Positions 41,441 to 49,989 of a DNA stretch of 64,000 nt are shown here, in pieces. Where the stretch lies: the NCBI GenBank assembly GCA_963776275.1, contig CAVZMI010000015.1, positions 32,001 to 96,000 of the forward strand. The letters run 5' to 3'. A program made the translations under genes and the position numbers. The stretch comes from Ignavibacteriota bacterium. Lineage in GTDB: Bacteria > Bacteroidota > Ignavibacteria > UBA10030 > CAVZMI01. Numbering within the stretch: position 1 is the first letter of the stretch; every line of letters starts with the position of its first letter. The notes under the pieces were generated by a model, which did not search any database, was not told the DNA's origin, and was given only the letters and a program-made list of their open reading frames with translations.

Positions 41441-41519
41441 CCCATTAATTATGAATAGGTTGGAAAATAGACGAATTGATCCATCAAAGTTGCATTTTTG
41501 TAGGAAGAACGCTATAATC

Positions 41520-41548
41520 TTGACATTCGCACGTTGATATTGTACATT
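41520..41548 (+). promoter_or_regulatory. Sigma70 promoter
   Basis: TTGACA-17-TACATT. Confidence 0.7.
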
Positions 41549-41554
41549 TGGCAT

Positions 41555-41725
41555 GAACATAGATCCGTGTTCAGTCTTCAGTTCCACAAGTCGCGTGTTA
41601 ATGACATGAACGAAGTGGACTGTTGACGCTGACCAGGTCGGTCATCATGATCATCTCCTTGCCACGCCAACCCTCCGCTCGTTGCATGCCGGGGTGATAA
41701 TTATGCACAACTACATGAGATCTTT
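41555..41725 (+). ncRNA. Candidate structured leader or ncRNA (family unassigned)
   Basis: Extended imperfect rod, e.g. 41605-41619 pairs with 41674-41688 and 41561-41570 with 41713-41723; competing stem 41579-41587/41615-41622. Confidence 0.35.
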
Positions 41726-41746
41726 TCCAATTAAAAGGAGAGAGCC

Positions 41747-42346
41747 ATGAAAAATGGTCTCATGCGCTTTTCGTTCTTGATGGTCATCATTTTACTTTCT
41801 GTTCCAGCTGCGCTATCTCAAAATGTATTGAGAAACCCCGGATTTGAAACGTTCGTCAATGGCGAGCCAGGCGACTGGGCGACGTCGAATATTTCCGGGA
41901 TGCTTGTTCTCGTATCCCAATCGAAAGAAGCTCATAGCGGAAAAAGTGGAATCAAACTCGAAGTAAAACCGTTCTACGGTACAAAAATGGCTGGCACCGC
42001 AACGCAGGAAAATATTAGAATAACAGAGCCTCAGGTGCAATTCAGAGGCTTCTATATGCTTAAATCAGTCGGTGGAGATAAAGCATTGGTCAATGTAACA
42101 CTGATCAATGAGAACGGAAGCACAATCTGTGTTGAAAATCTCGACCTTGAACCGGCTGCATCATTCGAACGATTCTCACTGCCGGCCAATGCTCCGGATG
42201 GGAGTACGGTTGTAAAAGCGAAAGTGTGTATCGCGATCATCGGTGGGAACAACGATCAGCTCCATGAAGGAACGGTAGCAATTTTTGATGATTTTTTGCT
42301 GGCACCACAAACGGTGGAAAAGGATACACTCGGCAAAGCTCGGTAG
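41747..42346 (+). CDS. Secreted CBM4/9-like (galactose-binding fold) protein
   Basis: Signal peptide; NVLRNPGFE...W, AHSGKS, IFDDFLL; AAGGAG RBS. Confidence 0.7.
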   Translation: MKNGLMRFSFLMVIILLSVPAALSQNVLRNPGFETFVNGEPGDWATSNISGMLVLVSQSKEAHSGKSGIKLEVKPFYGTKMAGTATQENIRITEPQVQFRGFYMLKSVGGDKALVNVTLINENGSTICVENLDLEPAASFERFSLPANAPDGSTVVKAKVCIAIIGGNNDQLHEGTVAIFDDFLLAPQTVEKDTLGKAR

Positions 42347-42441
42347 AAAATTGAACATACACTTTGCCGGCTATCCTGGTTGAAATCATGAAATGTTCGG
42401 TTTGCGGGGTGACTCTTGTCTCGGCGAGTAGAAGGATTATT

Positions 42442-43473
42442 ATGTCGGCCCAGATGACAATAGAGCGATGTCTCAGATATATAGCAGAGATTACTTCCAC
42501 CCTATCGTCATCGTACCAGGCGGAGCGTGTACTTCATCTCGTGGTTGACCGGCTGGTTCGGATGTACCAGTGTCAAACGGGTGCCATAATTACGATAAAT
42601 CCGCGCACCGAATATCTTCAGATGACCAATGCATGCGGGATTTCACTGACATTTGCCAAGCAGTTCCATCGAACAATCAGTATGGGTACTGTGGCAAACC
42701 TGATATGGACCGGAAGAGTTGTAATGATTCACGATGCCGCAACGGAGCCGGAGAAAGCGGAAGAATTAAAACTCGAGCATTCGTTTTCATCGTGTATTTG
42801 TATTCCACTCACGATCAATCACCGGACTACGGGGTATCTCCATCTCGACAGTTTACAATCCTATGCCTTCAATAGTAACGATCTGCTAATTCTTACGACA
42901 TTCGCCCAGCTTGCGGCAATTGCCCTTGATCGGGCCCGTCTGTACGATGAGGTTCTACGTCTCGAGCGCATTGATCACGAATCGGGCCTTGAGAAATATT
43001 CATTCTTCATTGAACGGCTTCAGGAGTTGATAGAGCGTGCACTTCGGTTCAATGAAACCATGGGGTTGATATTTTTTGATATTGATAACTTTAAAGACAT
43101 AGTCAATACCTACGGGTATGAACAATCATTGAAGTTCATCAAAGAATTCGGAACGCTTATCCGCCGGTCTATACGTCCGATTGATCTTGCCAGCCGTTTC
43201 GGAACCGACGAGTTTATCATTCTTCATCCGAACACTCCGACATCGGTAGTACTTGACCAGGCGGAACAAATCAGAAAACTAGTTGCAGATACAACATTTA
43301 CCGATAAGAGTATCCATACAACAATTAGTATCGGTGTTGGGATTTATCCACACGATGGATCGGATGTTCAGACATTGATGATCAACGCAAAGAATGCGGT
43401 CATTGAAGCACAGCGTTCCGGAAGAAACATGGTATATTATTCACGACGCCCAACATATATCAGTACGAGGTGA
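42442..43473 (+). CDS. GAF-GGDEF protein with variant GTDEF motif
   Basis: GAF (CIPL...GYLHLDS...AF...D); DIDNFK, RPID I-site, RFGTDEF, TISIGV, GRN. Confidence 0.9.
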   Translation: MSAQMTIERCLRYIAEITSTLSSSYQAERVLHLVVDRLVRMYQCQTGAIITINPRTEYLQMTNACGISLTFAKQFHRTISMGTVANLIWTGRVVMIHDAATEPEKAEELKLEHSFSSCICIPLTINHRTTGYLHLDSLQSYAFNSNDLLILTTFAQLAAIALDRARLYDEVLRLERIDHESGLEKYSFFIERLQELIERALRFNETMGLIFFDIDNFKDIVNTYGYEQSLKFIKEFGTLIRRSIRPIDLASRFGTDEFIILHPNTPTSVVLDQAEQIRKLVADTTFTDKSIHTTISIGVGIYPHDGSDVQTLMINAKNAVIEAQRSGRNMVYYSRRPTYISTR

Positions 43474-43477
43474 AACT

Positions 43478-44107
43478 ATGAAAAAAACAGTATGCATCAT
43501 CCTCATAGCCGGATCGATGCTCTCGATCCTTGGGGGCTGTGGTGTTCAGCGTGAGACTTTTGAACCGGATGTTCTTCCAAAATTACGGGATTACCAGCCT
43601 ATTACATGCTCTTCTCCCCTTTTGAGAAATGATGGTTATTATGCCATGGTCCAGTTGAGTATCGATGAAAAAGGTAATGTCATCCGTGCCGTCCTAATAA
43701 GGAGCACAGGATTACAGGATCTGGATGACTCTATTGCCACGACGGTGAAGCGGTGGAAATATTATCCGGCCGAAGTTCAAGGGAAACCGATTGCTCTTTC
43801 GTTGTTGCAACAGCTCTCAATCCGGTTTGAGCCGCCGGTTCAGTATAGCATGGCCGAGATTGTTGTTTCTACAAGCGCCCTTGCAGATTCAGTTATCCAG
43901 GAAATTGAAAAAGGGGTTGAATTTGAGCAGGTTGCCCGCAAATTTTCACAGTCTCAATCCGCCAGCATTGGCGGGTATCTGGGGGCAATTGAATTAAAGA
44001 ATTTTCGTCCCGATATTTATAATGTTGTACGAAAATTATACCCAGGTGATATATCAACCCCGCTCCTGATCGATCACGGTTACGTCATTTATAAGCGGAT
44101 AAAATAA
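43478..44107 (+). CDS. Lipoprotein with TonB C-terminal domain fused to parvulin-like PPIase domain
   Basis: Lipobox LGGC; IDEKGNV...STG...LD...WKYYPA...GKP; FEQVARKFS...GGYLG...GDISTP...GY. Confidence 0.8.
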   Translation: MKKTVCIILIAGSMLSILGGCGVQRETFEPDVLPKLRDYQPITCSSPLLRNDGYYAMVQLSIDEKGNVIRAVLIRSTGLQDLDDSIATTVKRWKYYPAEVQGKPIALSLLQQLSIRFEPPVQYSMAEIVVSTSALADSVIQEIEKGVEFEQVARKFSQSQSASIGGYLGAIELKNFRPDIYNVVRKLYPGDISTPLLIDHGYVIYKRIK

Positions 44108-44109
44108 GA

Positions 44110-44559
44110 ATGAACAATTCTATCAATGAATTCTTGAAGCAGCGTCATTTTGCCGTTGTCGGTGTGTCACGAAGACGGGAAAAATTCGGGAATGCGGTAT
44201 TCCGTGAGATGAAAAAAGCGGGATATGACGTGGTTCCGGTTAACAGAAACACTGACACAATTGATAATACCGAGACATATGCAAGTGTAAATGATGTTCA
44301 ACATCAGATTGATGCCGCAGTTCTGGTGATTCCGCCGCATGAAACAGAGACCGTGTTGCGCCAATGTGCCGAGCGGGGGATCAGGTACGTATGGCTGCAG
44401 AGAGGAGCTGAATCGGAACGGACGATTGCACTCGGACAGAAGCTCGATCTCAATATTATTCATCACGAATGTGCCCTCATGTTCATTCAACCGACGCGAT
44501 TTCCTCATACGCTTCATCGCTGGTTTCATGAACGAATGAGCGGGCATCATCGCGCGTAA
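44110..44559 (+). CDS. CoA-binding protein (YccU-like)
   Basis: FAVVGVS...KFGN, VPVN, VWLQRG, C-terminal C..M. Confidence 0.9.
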   Translation: MNNSINEFLKQRHFAVVGVSRRREKFGNAVFREMKKAGYDVVPVNRNTDTIDNTETYASVNDVQHQIDAAVLVIPPHETETVLRQCAERGIRYVWLQRGAESERTIALGQKLDLNIIHHECALMFIQPTRFPHTLHRWFHERMSGHHRA

Positions 44560-44576
44560 GGTCAGAAGTTGATAAT

Positions 44577-44609
44577 TAAACAGCCCCCGTTGGAATCGGG
44601 GCTGTTTAA
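44577..44609. terminator. Bidirectional terminator
   Basis: TAAACAGCCCC...GGGGCTGTTTA. Confidence 0.75.
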
Positions 44610-45030
44610 TATTCCAAAGCACCCGTATGCATTGTCATTTTCCACTCATTGCCGACTTTTGAGTACACCTTGCATACCCTTCCTTTCCAATGATTTTTAT
44701 TACCATTTTTGTCAATCCAGAGTGTGTCGATGTCTACAACGGCAAACGCGCCATCTTTTTCATTAGAAAGGACTATTTTTTTATTTCACGATTATTATGG
44801 ACTAATGTATGTGTATTAAATAGATACAGCCACTCTTTCATCCATCGTTCCTTATTAAATTTTCCTATTACTAATTCCCAACTCATGGGATTGTGCGATC
44901 TGGACGTTTTAGGCTAGGGCCATACCATATACGGATGAAATATCGATATTAGTAAATTCACATCCTGAGTATCCCACGCTTTTGTTTCTCTGTTCACAAT
45001 TTCTATTATTTCTAATTCCTCTTTTGTCAT
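44606..45030 (-). pseudogene. NTF2/SnoaL-like protein pseudogene (in-frame TAG plus frameshift)
   Basis: Manual translation MTKEELEIIEIVNRETKAWDTQDV...FHPYMVWP*P...DGAFAVVDIDTLW...EWKMTMHTGALEY; TAG at 44914-44916; frameshift in T7 run 44776-44782. Confidence 0.75.
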
Positions 45031-45125
45031 GCCGTTGCAATCAATAATAAGTTGAAGTCAGAATTCTATATTGTAATCGGAGATTTTAAATTTCTGAATT
45101 ATACCGATTTCTTAATTCTCAAATG

Positions 45126-46064
45126 CTAAATAAACCGTTCACGGAGTTTGTTCCACCAATTAAAAAGTTTCGGTGCCGACCATATTGTAAAGATCATAAG
45201 TAAAGCGCCAGCTATGAGATCGATGACATAATGGTATCGCAGATAAACTGTAGAGATGATTAGAAGCGATCCCATTACTATCACCACCCACCGGAAACGA
45301 ATCCGGTAATGGAGTGAAAGATACATTACAACCAGTGTTAATTGCGTATGTCCGCTTGGAAAGACATCACGCTGGACATAGTCAACCGGATTGTGAACAT
45401 GCGAAGGAATCGACTCTCCAAGATTAATGCAGCCACGAAGAAATTCTGTGAGCCATATTCCGGGGAGCTCGACGTTCAGCGATTGAAAATCATGCAATGT
45501 AAATCGCGGACCTACTGACGGAAGCGTCAAATAACCGAGATACGAGAGATAAAAACCATAAAAAATGCAGAAGAGAGCAAATGAGAATTCCAAAAACCGT
45601 CGCTCCCTGTAAAGCTCGTATCCGAGAAAAATGAGCAGAAAATAGTATGAAGCATAAGCGATCTGAAGAATCTCGGTTATAACCGGATGGGCAAAACTCA
45701 TCAGCCATTGTGTTGGATTAACCCCGAACATTGCATGGTCGATTGAAATAAGCATCGCATCATAGTCTCTTCCCAGATGAATGGCGCGGTTCATGAAATA
45801 GATCTCTTTGAAAACAAGAATAAGAATAAGGACGGCATACCACCCGTGAAAGAATTGAAGAAGCCTTACCTGGCGATGACTGTGATATGCAATCCAGATA
45901 ATTGCCGCGCTGACAAAGATATTAATAATGATAAGAATCCACCATTCCACAATCCGCGATGCAAAGATGATATTGATACACGACAGAAATGTCAGGAAAA
46001 ATATTGTAACGCTGTCACCGGCATAAAGACTGGAAGTGTACCGGCGTAACTGAGTTTGTGTCAT
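45126..46064 (-). CDS. PAP2-family membrane phosphatase / phosphotransferase
   Basis: PSVGPRF, FPSGH, YLRYHYVID; multiple TM helices. Confidence 0.9.
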   Translation of the reverse strand: MTQTQLRRYTSSLYAGDSVTIFFLTFLSCINIIFASRIVEWWILIIINIFVSAAIIWIAYHSHRQVRLLQFFHGWYAVLILILVFKEIYFMNRAIHLGRDYDAMLISIDHAMFGVNPTQWLMSFAHPVITEILQIAYASYYFLLIFLGYELYRERRFLEFSFALFCIFYGFYLSYLGYLTLPSVGPRFTLHDFQSLNVELPGIWLTEFLRGCINLGESIPSHVHNPVDYVQRDVFPSGHTQLTLVVMYLSLHYRIRFRWVVIVMGSLLIISTVYLRYHYVIDLIAGALLMIFTIWSAPKLFNWWNKLRERFI

Positions 46065-46915
46065 ATTGTCCGTTCTCTGCGAATCTTGTTTATTTCCCTT
46101 TTTACTAGAGCATGCCCGTTCACTCCCAATGAAATAAGCGAACGTGTCAAACCGACAAAATCTACAGCTGTCAATGCTTCCGGCCGGAGATCCAGATCGT
46201 ATCCGCAGGCTTTGAGAATCGCCTCATTAATGCCAAGAGCTTTAAGTCCGTTTCTGAGCGTTTTCCTTCGTTTTCCAAATGACCCTCTCACAATCTGGCG
46301 AAACACAAATTCCTCCTCCGATCCCTGTGAGAGCTGCGGAAAAAAGGTTAACCTTACAATCGCAGAATCCACCCGTGGCTTCGGGTAAAATGCGTTCGGC
46401 GACACGGAGAAGAGTATTTGCGGGGCTCCCACATACTGACAGGTAACAGAGATTATTCCGTACTGTTTCGATCCTCGCGATGCTGTCAGTCGTTGTGCAA
46501 CCTCCCGCTGCATCATCATCTGGATATCCTTGATTACCTGACGATGATCAATCAAATAAAAAAGAATCGGCGTTGTAATGTAATAAGGAATATTCCCGAT
46601 GACACGGAGGGGAGAATGATACTGCGCAGAGAGTTTTTCGAGATCGACATTCAGGATATCGGCATGAAGAATTGTCAGCGATTGATGCCGCTGCAGGCGT
46701 GCACGCAAATATTCAACGGCACGCTGATCGATCTCGACGGCAACCACATGACGTACACGCGGAATCAGGAGACCGGTCAGAATGCCTTTACCGGGCCAGA
46801 TCTCAACAACAACATCGTCCGATGAAGGAGACATCACATCGACAATCTTACGGGCGATGTTCGGATCGGTAAGAAAATTTTGTCCGAGAGATTTTTTTGG
46901 CTGAAACACGAACAA
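46061..46915 (-). CDS. rsmA: 16S rRNA dimethyladenosine transferase
   Basis: PKKSLGQNFL, EIWPGKG (variant), GNIPYYIT, MQREVA, PKPRVDS, RRKTLRN. Confidence 0.95.
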   Translation of the reverse strand: MFVFQPKKSLGQNFLTDPNIARKIVDVMSPSSDDVVVEIWPGKGILTGLLIPRVRHVVAVEIDQRAVEYLRARLQRHQSLTILHADILNVDLEKLSAQYHSPLRVIGNIPYYITTPILFYLIDHRQVIKDIQMMMQREVAQRLTASRGSKQYGIISVTCQYVGAPQILFSVSPNAFYPKPRVDSAIVRLTFFPQLSQGSEEEFVFRQIVRGSFGKRRKTLRNGLKALGINEAILKACGYDLDLRPEALTAVDFVGLTRSLISLGVNGHALVKREINKIRRERTI

Positions 46916-47009
46916 AATATAGCAATATGAAGCAAGAGAAGCAATGAATGACTAAATAGACTCTATCAGATTTGTCCAAAAATAAATCACAGAAAGAGCA
47001 AGAGTAATT

Positions 47010-47280
47010 TGTCCCTTTCTTTCTGGAAAGAAAGGGACAGAAAGAAAGCCTGACAAAATCGCAACCCACATGAGATGGCCTCCAGCACGCGCTGTTGAGA
47101 GGGCACATTCAAGTCCGTCGATCTCGGCCTTTAATCTAAGAAATATTCAATTGATAGCTTTTATAAGCCTCGATCTCCGCCAAAGGCGGATCTGCCTCAC
47201 CGTATTCTATGGCGTGGCAGAGAAACGCACGAAATTGCGCCAACACATGGCCCCCCTTCTTCCTCCCGCCAAAGGCGGGA
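47010..47280. repeat. Cluster of short palindromes (REP-like)
   Basis: TGTCCCTTTCTTT-CTGG-AAAGAAAGGGACA (47010-47039); CCGCCAAAGGCGG twice (47176-47190, 47264-47280). Confidence 0.6.
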
Positions 47281-47470
47281 CCAGCGATTTTGTCGCCAAG
47301 GAATTATTTATTTGAGGAGATTATCAACTAATAATAATATATTTTGGAGAGCACTGAGACCGTATCTCTGAGGATCCATTGTATCCTCCTCGTCTTCCCC
47401 GTACAATGTAATATAAGAAACCAGAGAGGATATCATGAACATGTAAATTGTTATTTAATTTACTCAATAT

Positions 47471-48043
47471 TCAAATTCGTTTAAAGGGAACACGGTCGAT
47501 ATATTTGACTTTTTCAGTATCGACCCGTACGGTGTCGCCTGTTTCGACAAAATGAGGCACAAGAATTTCGACTCCGTTTTCCAGCGTAGCAGGTTTCATT
47601 GTATTGTCCTGCGCTTCCCGGATGCCCGGCCCTGTGGAGGCAATTTTCAACTCGACGACTTTCGGAAATTGAACCGCTACCGCCCCTTCGCCAAGAAGCT
47701 CGACCGTGATTTTCATTCCTTCATTCATAAACTTTTCGAGGTGGCCGATAGACTCTTTCGGAACGCTGACTTGCTCGAAAGTTTGTGAGTCCATGAAATA
47801 ACATGCCTCGGTATCGGCATATAAAAAATCCATCTGGCGTTTTATAAGTTCAACAGATTCAAATCTATCGGAATGTTTAAAACGGCGGTCTGCGAAATGG
47901 CCAAAGCGGATGTCTTTCAGCTTGAGTTCGATGAAGCCGTGCATCTGGCCGCTACCGGCATGACGAATAACCTCAAGGACTTTGTACAATTTTCCGTCGA
48001 GTTGAAGAGCCATTCCTTCTTTAACATCCTCAGCGAGAACCAT
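47471..48043 (-). CDS. efp: Elongation factor P family protein (atypical paralog)
   Basis: Three-domain EF-P pattern (FLY.D....FMD..TFEQ; KPATLENG...VP.FV..GD...VDT...Y..R); tip loop AGSGQMHG. Confidence 0.88.
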   Translation of the reverse strand: MVLAEDVKEGMALQLDGKLYKVLEVIRHAGSGQMHGFIELKLKDIRFGHFADRRFKHSDRFESVELIKRQMDFLYADTEACYFMDSQTFEQVSVPKESIGHLEKFMNEGMKITVELLGEGAVAVQFPKVVELKIASTGPGIREAQDNTMKPATLENGVEILVPHFVETGDTVRVDTEKVKYIDRVPFKRI

Positions 48044-48091
48044 TTTGATCCTCCATTTATATTACGGGGGCGTGGAACGGGGTGATGGTGA

Positions 48092-48120
48092 AATCTACCC
48101 AATGGCCGCTTGAATGTCAA
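48092..48120 (-). promoter_or_regulatory. Promoter of the efp-like gene
   Basis: TTGACA-17-TAGATT; GGAGG RBS downstream. Confidence 0.7.
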
Positions 48121-48267
48121 GTAAAGACCTTGTCGGACTATGTATTTGCTATTTTGGAGGTCTTATCTAGGCAACCTGAAAGTGCAGAAAGGACACGGAA
48201 GTAATAATGTATAAAAACATTTTTATTTAATACGATCTTTTTTAAAAACTCTTTGTATATTCTCTTC

Positions 48268-49497
48268 ATGGACACGCGTACAATTTTTCTCGTTGATCTC
48301 GATGCATTTTTTGCATCGGTCGAGGAGGTTCGCAACCCGGAGTTGAAAAATAGAGCGGTGTGCATCGGCGGAAATGCGCACGAACGCGGTGTGGTGGCTT
48401 GTCCGAACTACACCGCCCGGAAGTACGGAGTAAAAACCGCTATGCCGTTAAAAACTGCTGCTGTTCTTTTAAACAACACCGATGCAGTTTTTCTCCGTGG
48501 AAATATCCGTTTATACCGGGAATATTCTAAAAAAGTCTTTGACATTCTATACCAATTTACTCCAGATATTCAGCCGATGAGTCTTGATGAAGCATATTGT
48601 GACGTAACGGAGTGTCTTCATTTGTGGAGTAATGATTCCGAAGCGATGGCAATTGCAATGAAGGAACAGGTTAAAAAAGAACTCTCATTAACACTTTCAA
48701 TCGGAATTGCATCGAATAAAATATGCGCGAAAATCGCGTCTGATCTGGGAAAACCCGACGGACTTATATTGGTACCGGCAGGGAAAGAGGTGGAATTCCT
48801 TGCTCCGCTATCTGTCGAGAAGCTCCCCGGTGTAGGGAAACGAACGCATGAAAAACTTCTTAGGTATGGTGTGCGAACAATCGGTGATCTGGCACAAATG
48901 CCGGAAGGCAGGCTCACGAGGCTTTTTGGTGCTGTCGGCTGCCAGCTTCATCGCCACGCCCTCGGTATCGATCAGCGTATCGTGCACGAACCGGACGAGG
49001 AGAAATCGATTTCCCGTGCGACCACTTTTGAAACCGATACTCATGATCAGGAATTTATCGAATCTGTTCTTTTTTATCTTGTTGAGCGTTGCTGTCGGAC
49101 ACTTCGCCGGCGGAACGTTGCTGCACAGACAATTTCGGTTTATGTCCGCTTTGCCGATTTTACACATCACAATCAGCAGTGTTCCCGTCAAGAGGCGACA
49201 AACATCGAAGAAGAAATCTATACAGAAGTGCAGAAACTTCTTCCATCACTGCTTAATACCGGCAAGCTTGTTCGCCTTGTCGGTGTCGGTCTTTCAAATT
49301 TTATTCCATCGATGATGCAAACCGATCTTTTCAGCGGGCGTTCTTCAAAACTTGTTTCGCTCCGGCAGACAATGGATGCAATCCGTGAAAAATACGGATA
49401 CCAGATCATTACCGTCGGCCGCACGGCGGAGTTAAAGAAGCGATATAAAGAAACCAAAGAGGGTTTTGAACTTCACACCCCTTCTCTTTCACGATAA
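48268..49497 (+). CDS. dinB: DNA polymerase IV (Y family)
   Basis: VDLDAFFASVE, ARKYGVKTAMP, SLDEAY, AKIASD..KPDG, LPGVG, RLVGV, QTDLF clamp-binding motif. Confidence 0.95.
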   Translation: MDTRTIFLVDLDAFFASVEEVRNPELKNRAVCIGGNAHERGVVACPNYTARKYGVKTAMPLKTAAVLLNNTDAVFLRGNIRLYREYSKKVFDILYQFTPDIQPMSLDEAYCDVTECLHLWSNDSEAMAIAMKEQVKKELSLTLSIGIASNKICAKIASDLGKPDGLILVPAGKEVEFLAPLSVEKLPGVGKRTHEKLLRYGVRTIGDLAQMPEGRLTRLFGAVGCQLHRHALGIDQRIVHEPDEEKSISRATTFETDTHDQEFIESVLFYLVERCCRTLRRRNVAAQTISVYVRFADFTHHNQQCSRQEATNIEEEIYTEVQKLLPSLLNTGKLVRLVGVGLSNFIPSMMQTDLFSGRSSKLVSLRQTMDAIREKYGYQIITVGRTAELKKRYKETKEGFELHTPSLSR

Positions 49498-49690
49498 TGA
49501 AATGTCTTCAACAGGATTATAAATACGTACAGGAACTTGAGAAACATTCGCCCTAGAACGAAGAAGAAATACCCTCCCTATGCGGTCCCGAGGAAGAGGC
49601 AGAAAGAAACAAAAAAGGTACAGATTGAGCACAATTTTACGATAAAGACCATACAAAAGCGTACTAGCAGCACCGGTGCTATAACGTTCC

Positions 49691-49719
49691 TTGACTTTCA
49701 AGATCGATTTTAATATTAT
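49691..49719 (+). promoter_or_regulatory. Promoter of the small ORF-protease pair
   Basis: TTGACT-17-TATTAT. Confidence 0.55.
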
Positions 49720-49755
49720 AATCATAACCTTTATCAAAAGGAGAAAGGTTCAAAC

Positions 49756-49989
49756 ATGAGTACATTGAACGATAACGAACATGCACCATCTTTGCCTGTA
49801 CAAACGGAGATTGAAAAGAGTTACTCTGAAATTGTTCAGAAAGGAAAGGAACAGCAGCCCGGAATTAACGAACTCTTAGAACTCTACGGACAATTTCAAA
49901 ATGGGTTTAAGTTGAGCCAGTATTACCTTAGACTAACACAACCGATATTTAAGACCCCTACGTCAAACACATCTTCTCCTCTAACATAA
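49756..49989 (+). CDS. Small hypothetical protein (77 aa)
   Basis: AAGGAG upstream; TAATG overlap with the protease start. Confidence 0.7.
   Translation: MSTLNDNEHAPSLPVQTEIEKSYSEIVQKGKEQQPGINELLELYGQFQNGFKLSQYYLRLTQPIFKTPTSNTSSPLT

Noticed and set aside
44914-44916. Pyrrolysine or amber recoding
   Set aside because: TAG is a normal stop elsewhere in the window (ftsI, ftsZ, pta) and the same gene has a second lesion
48121-48267. LexA box upstream of dinB
   Set aside because: No convincing palindrome found
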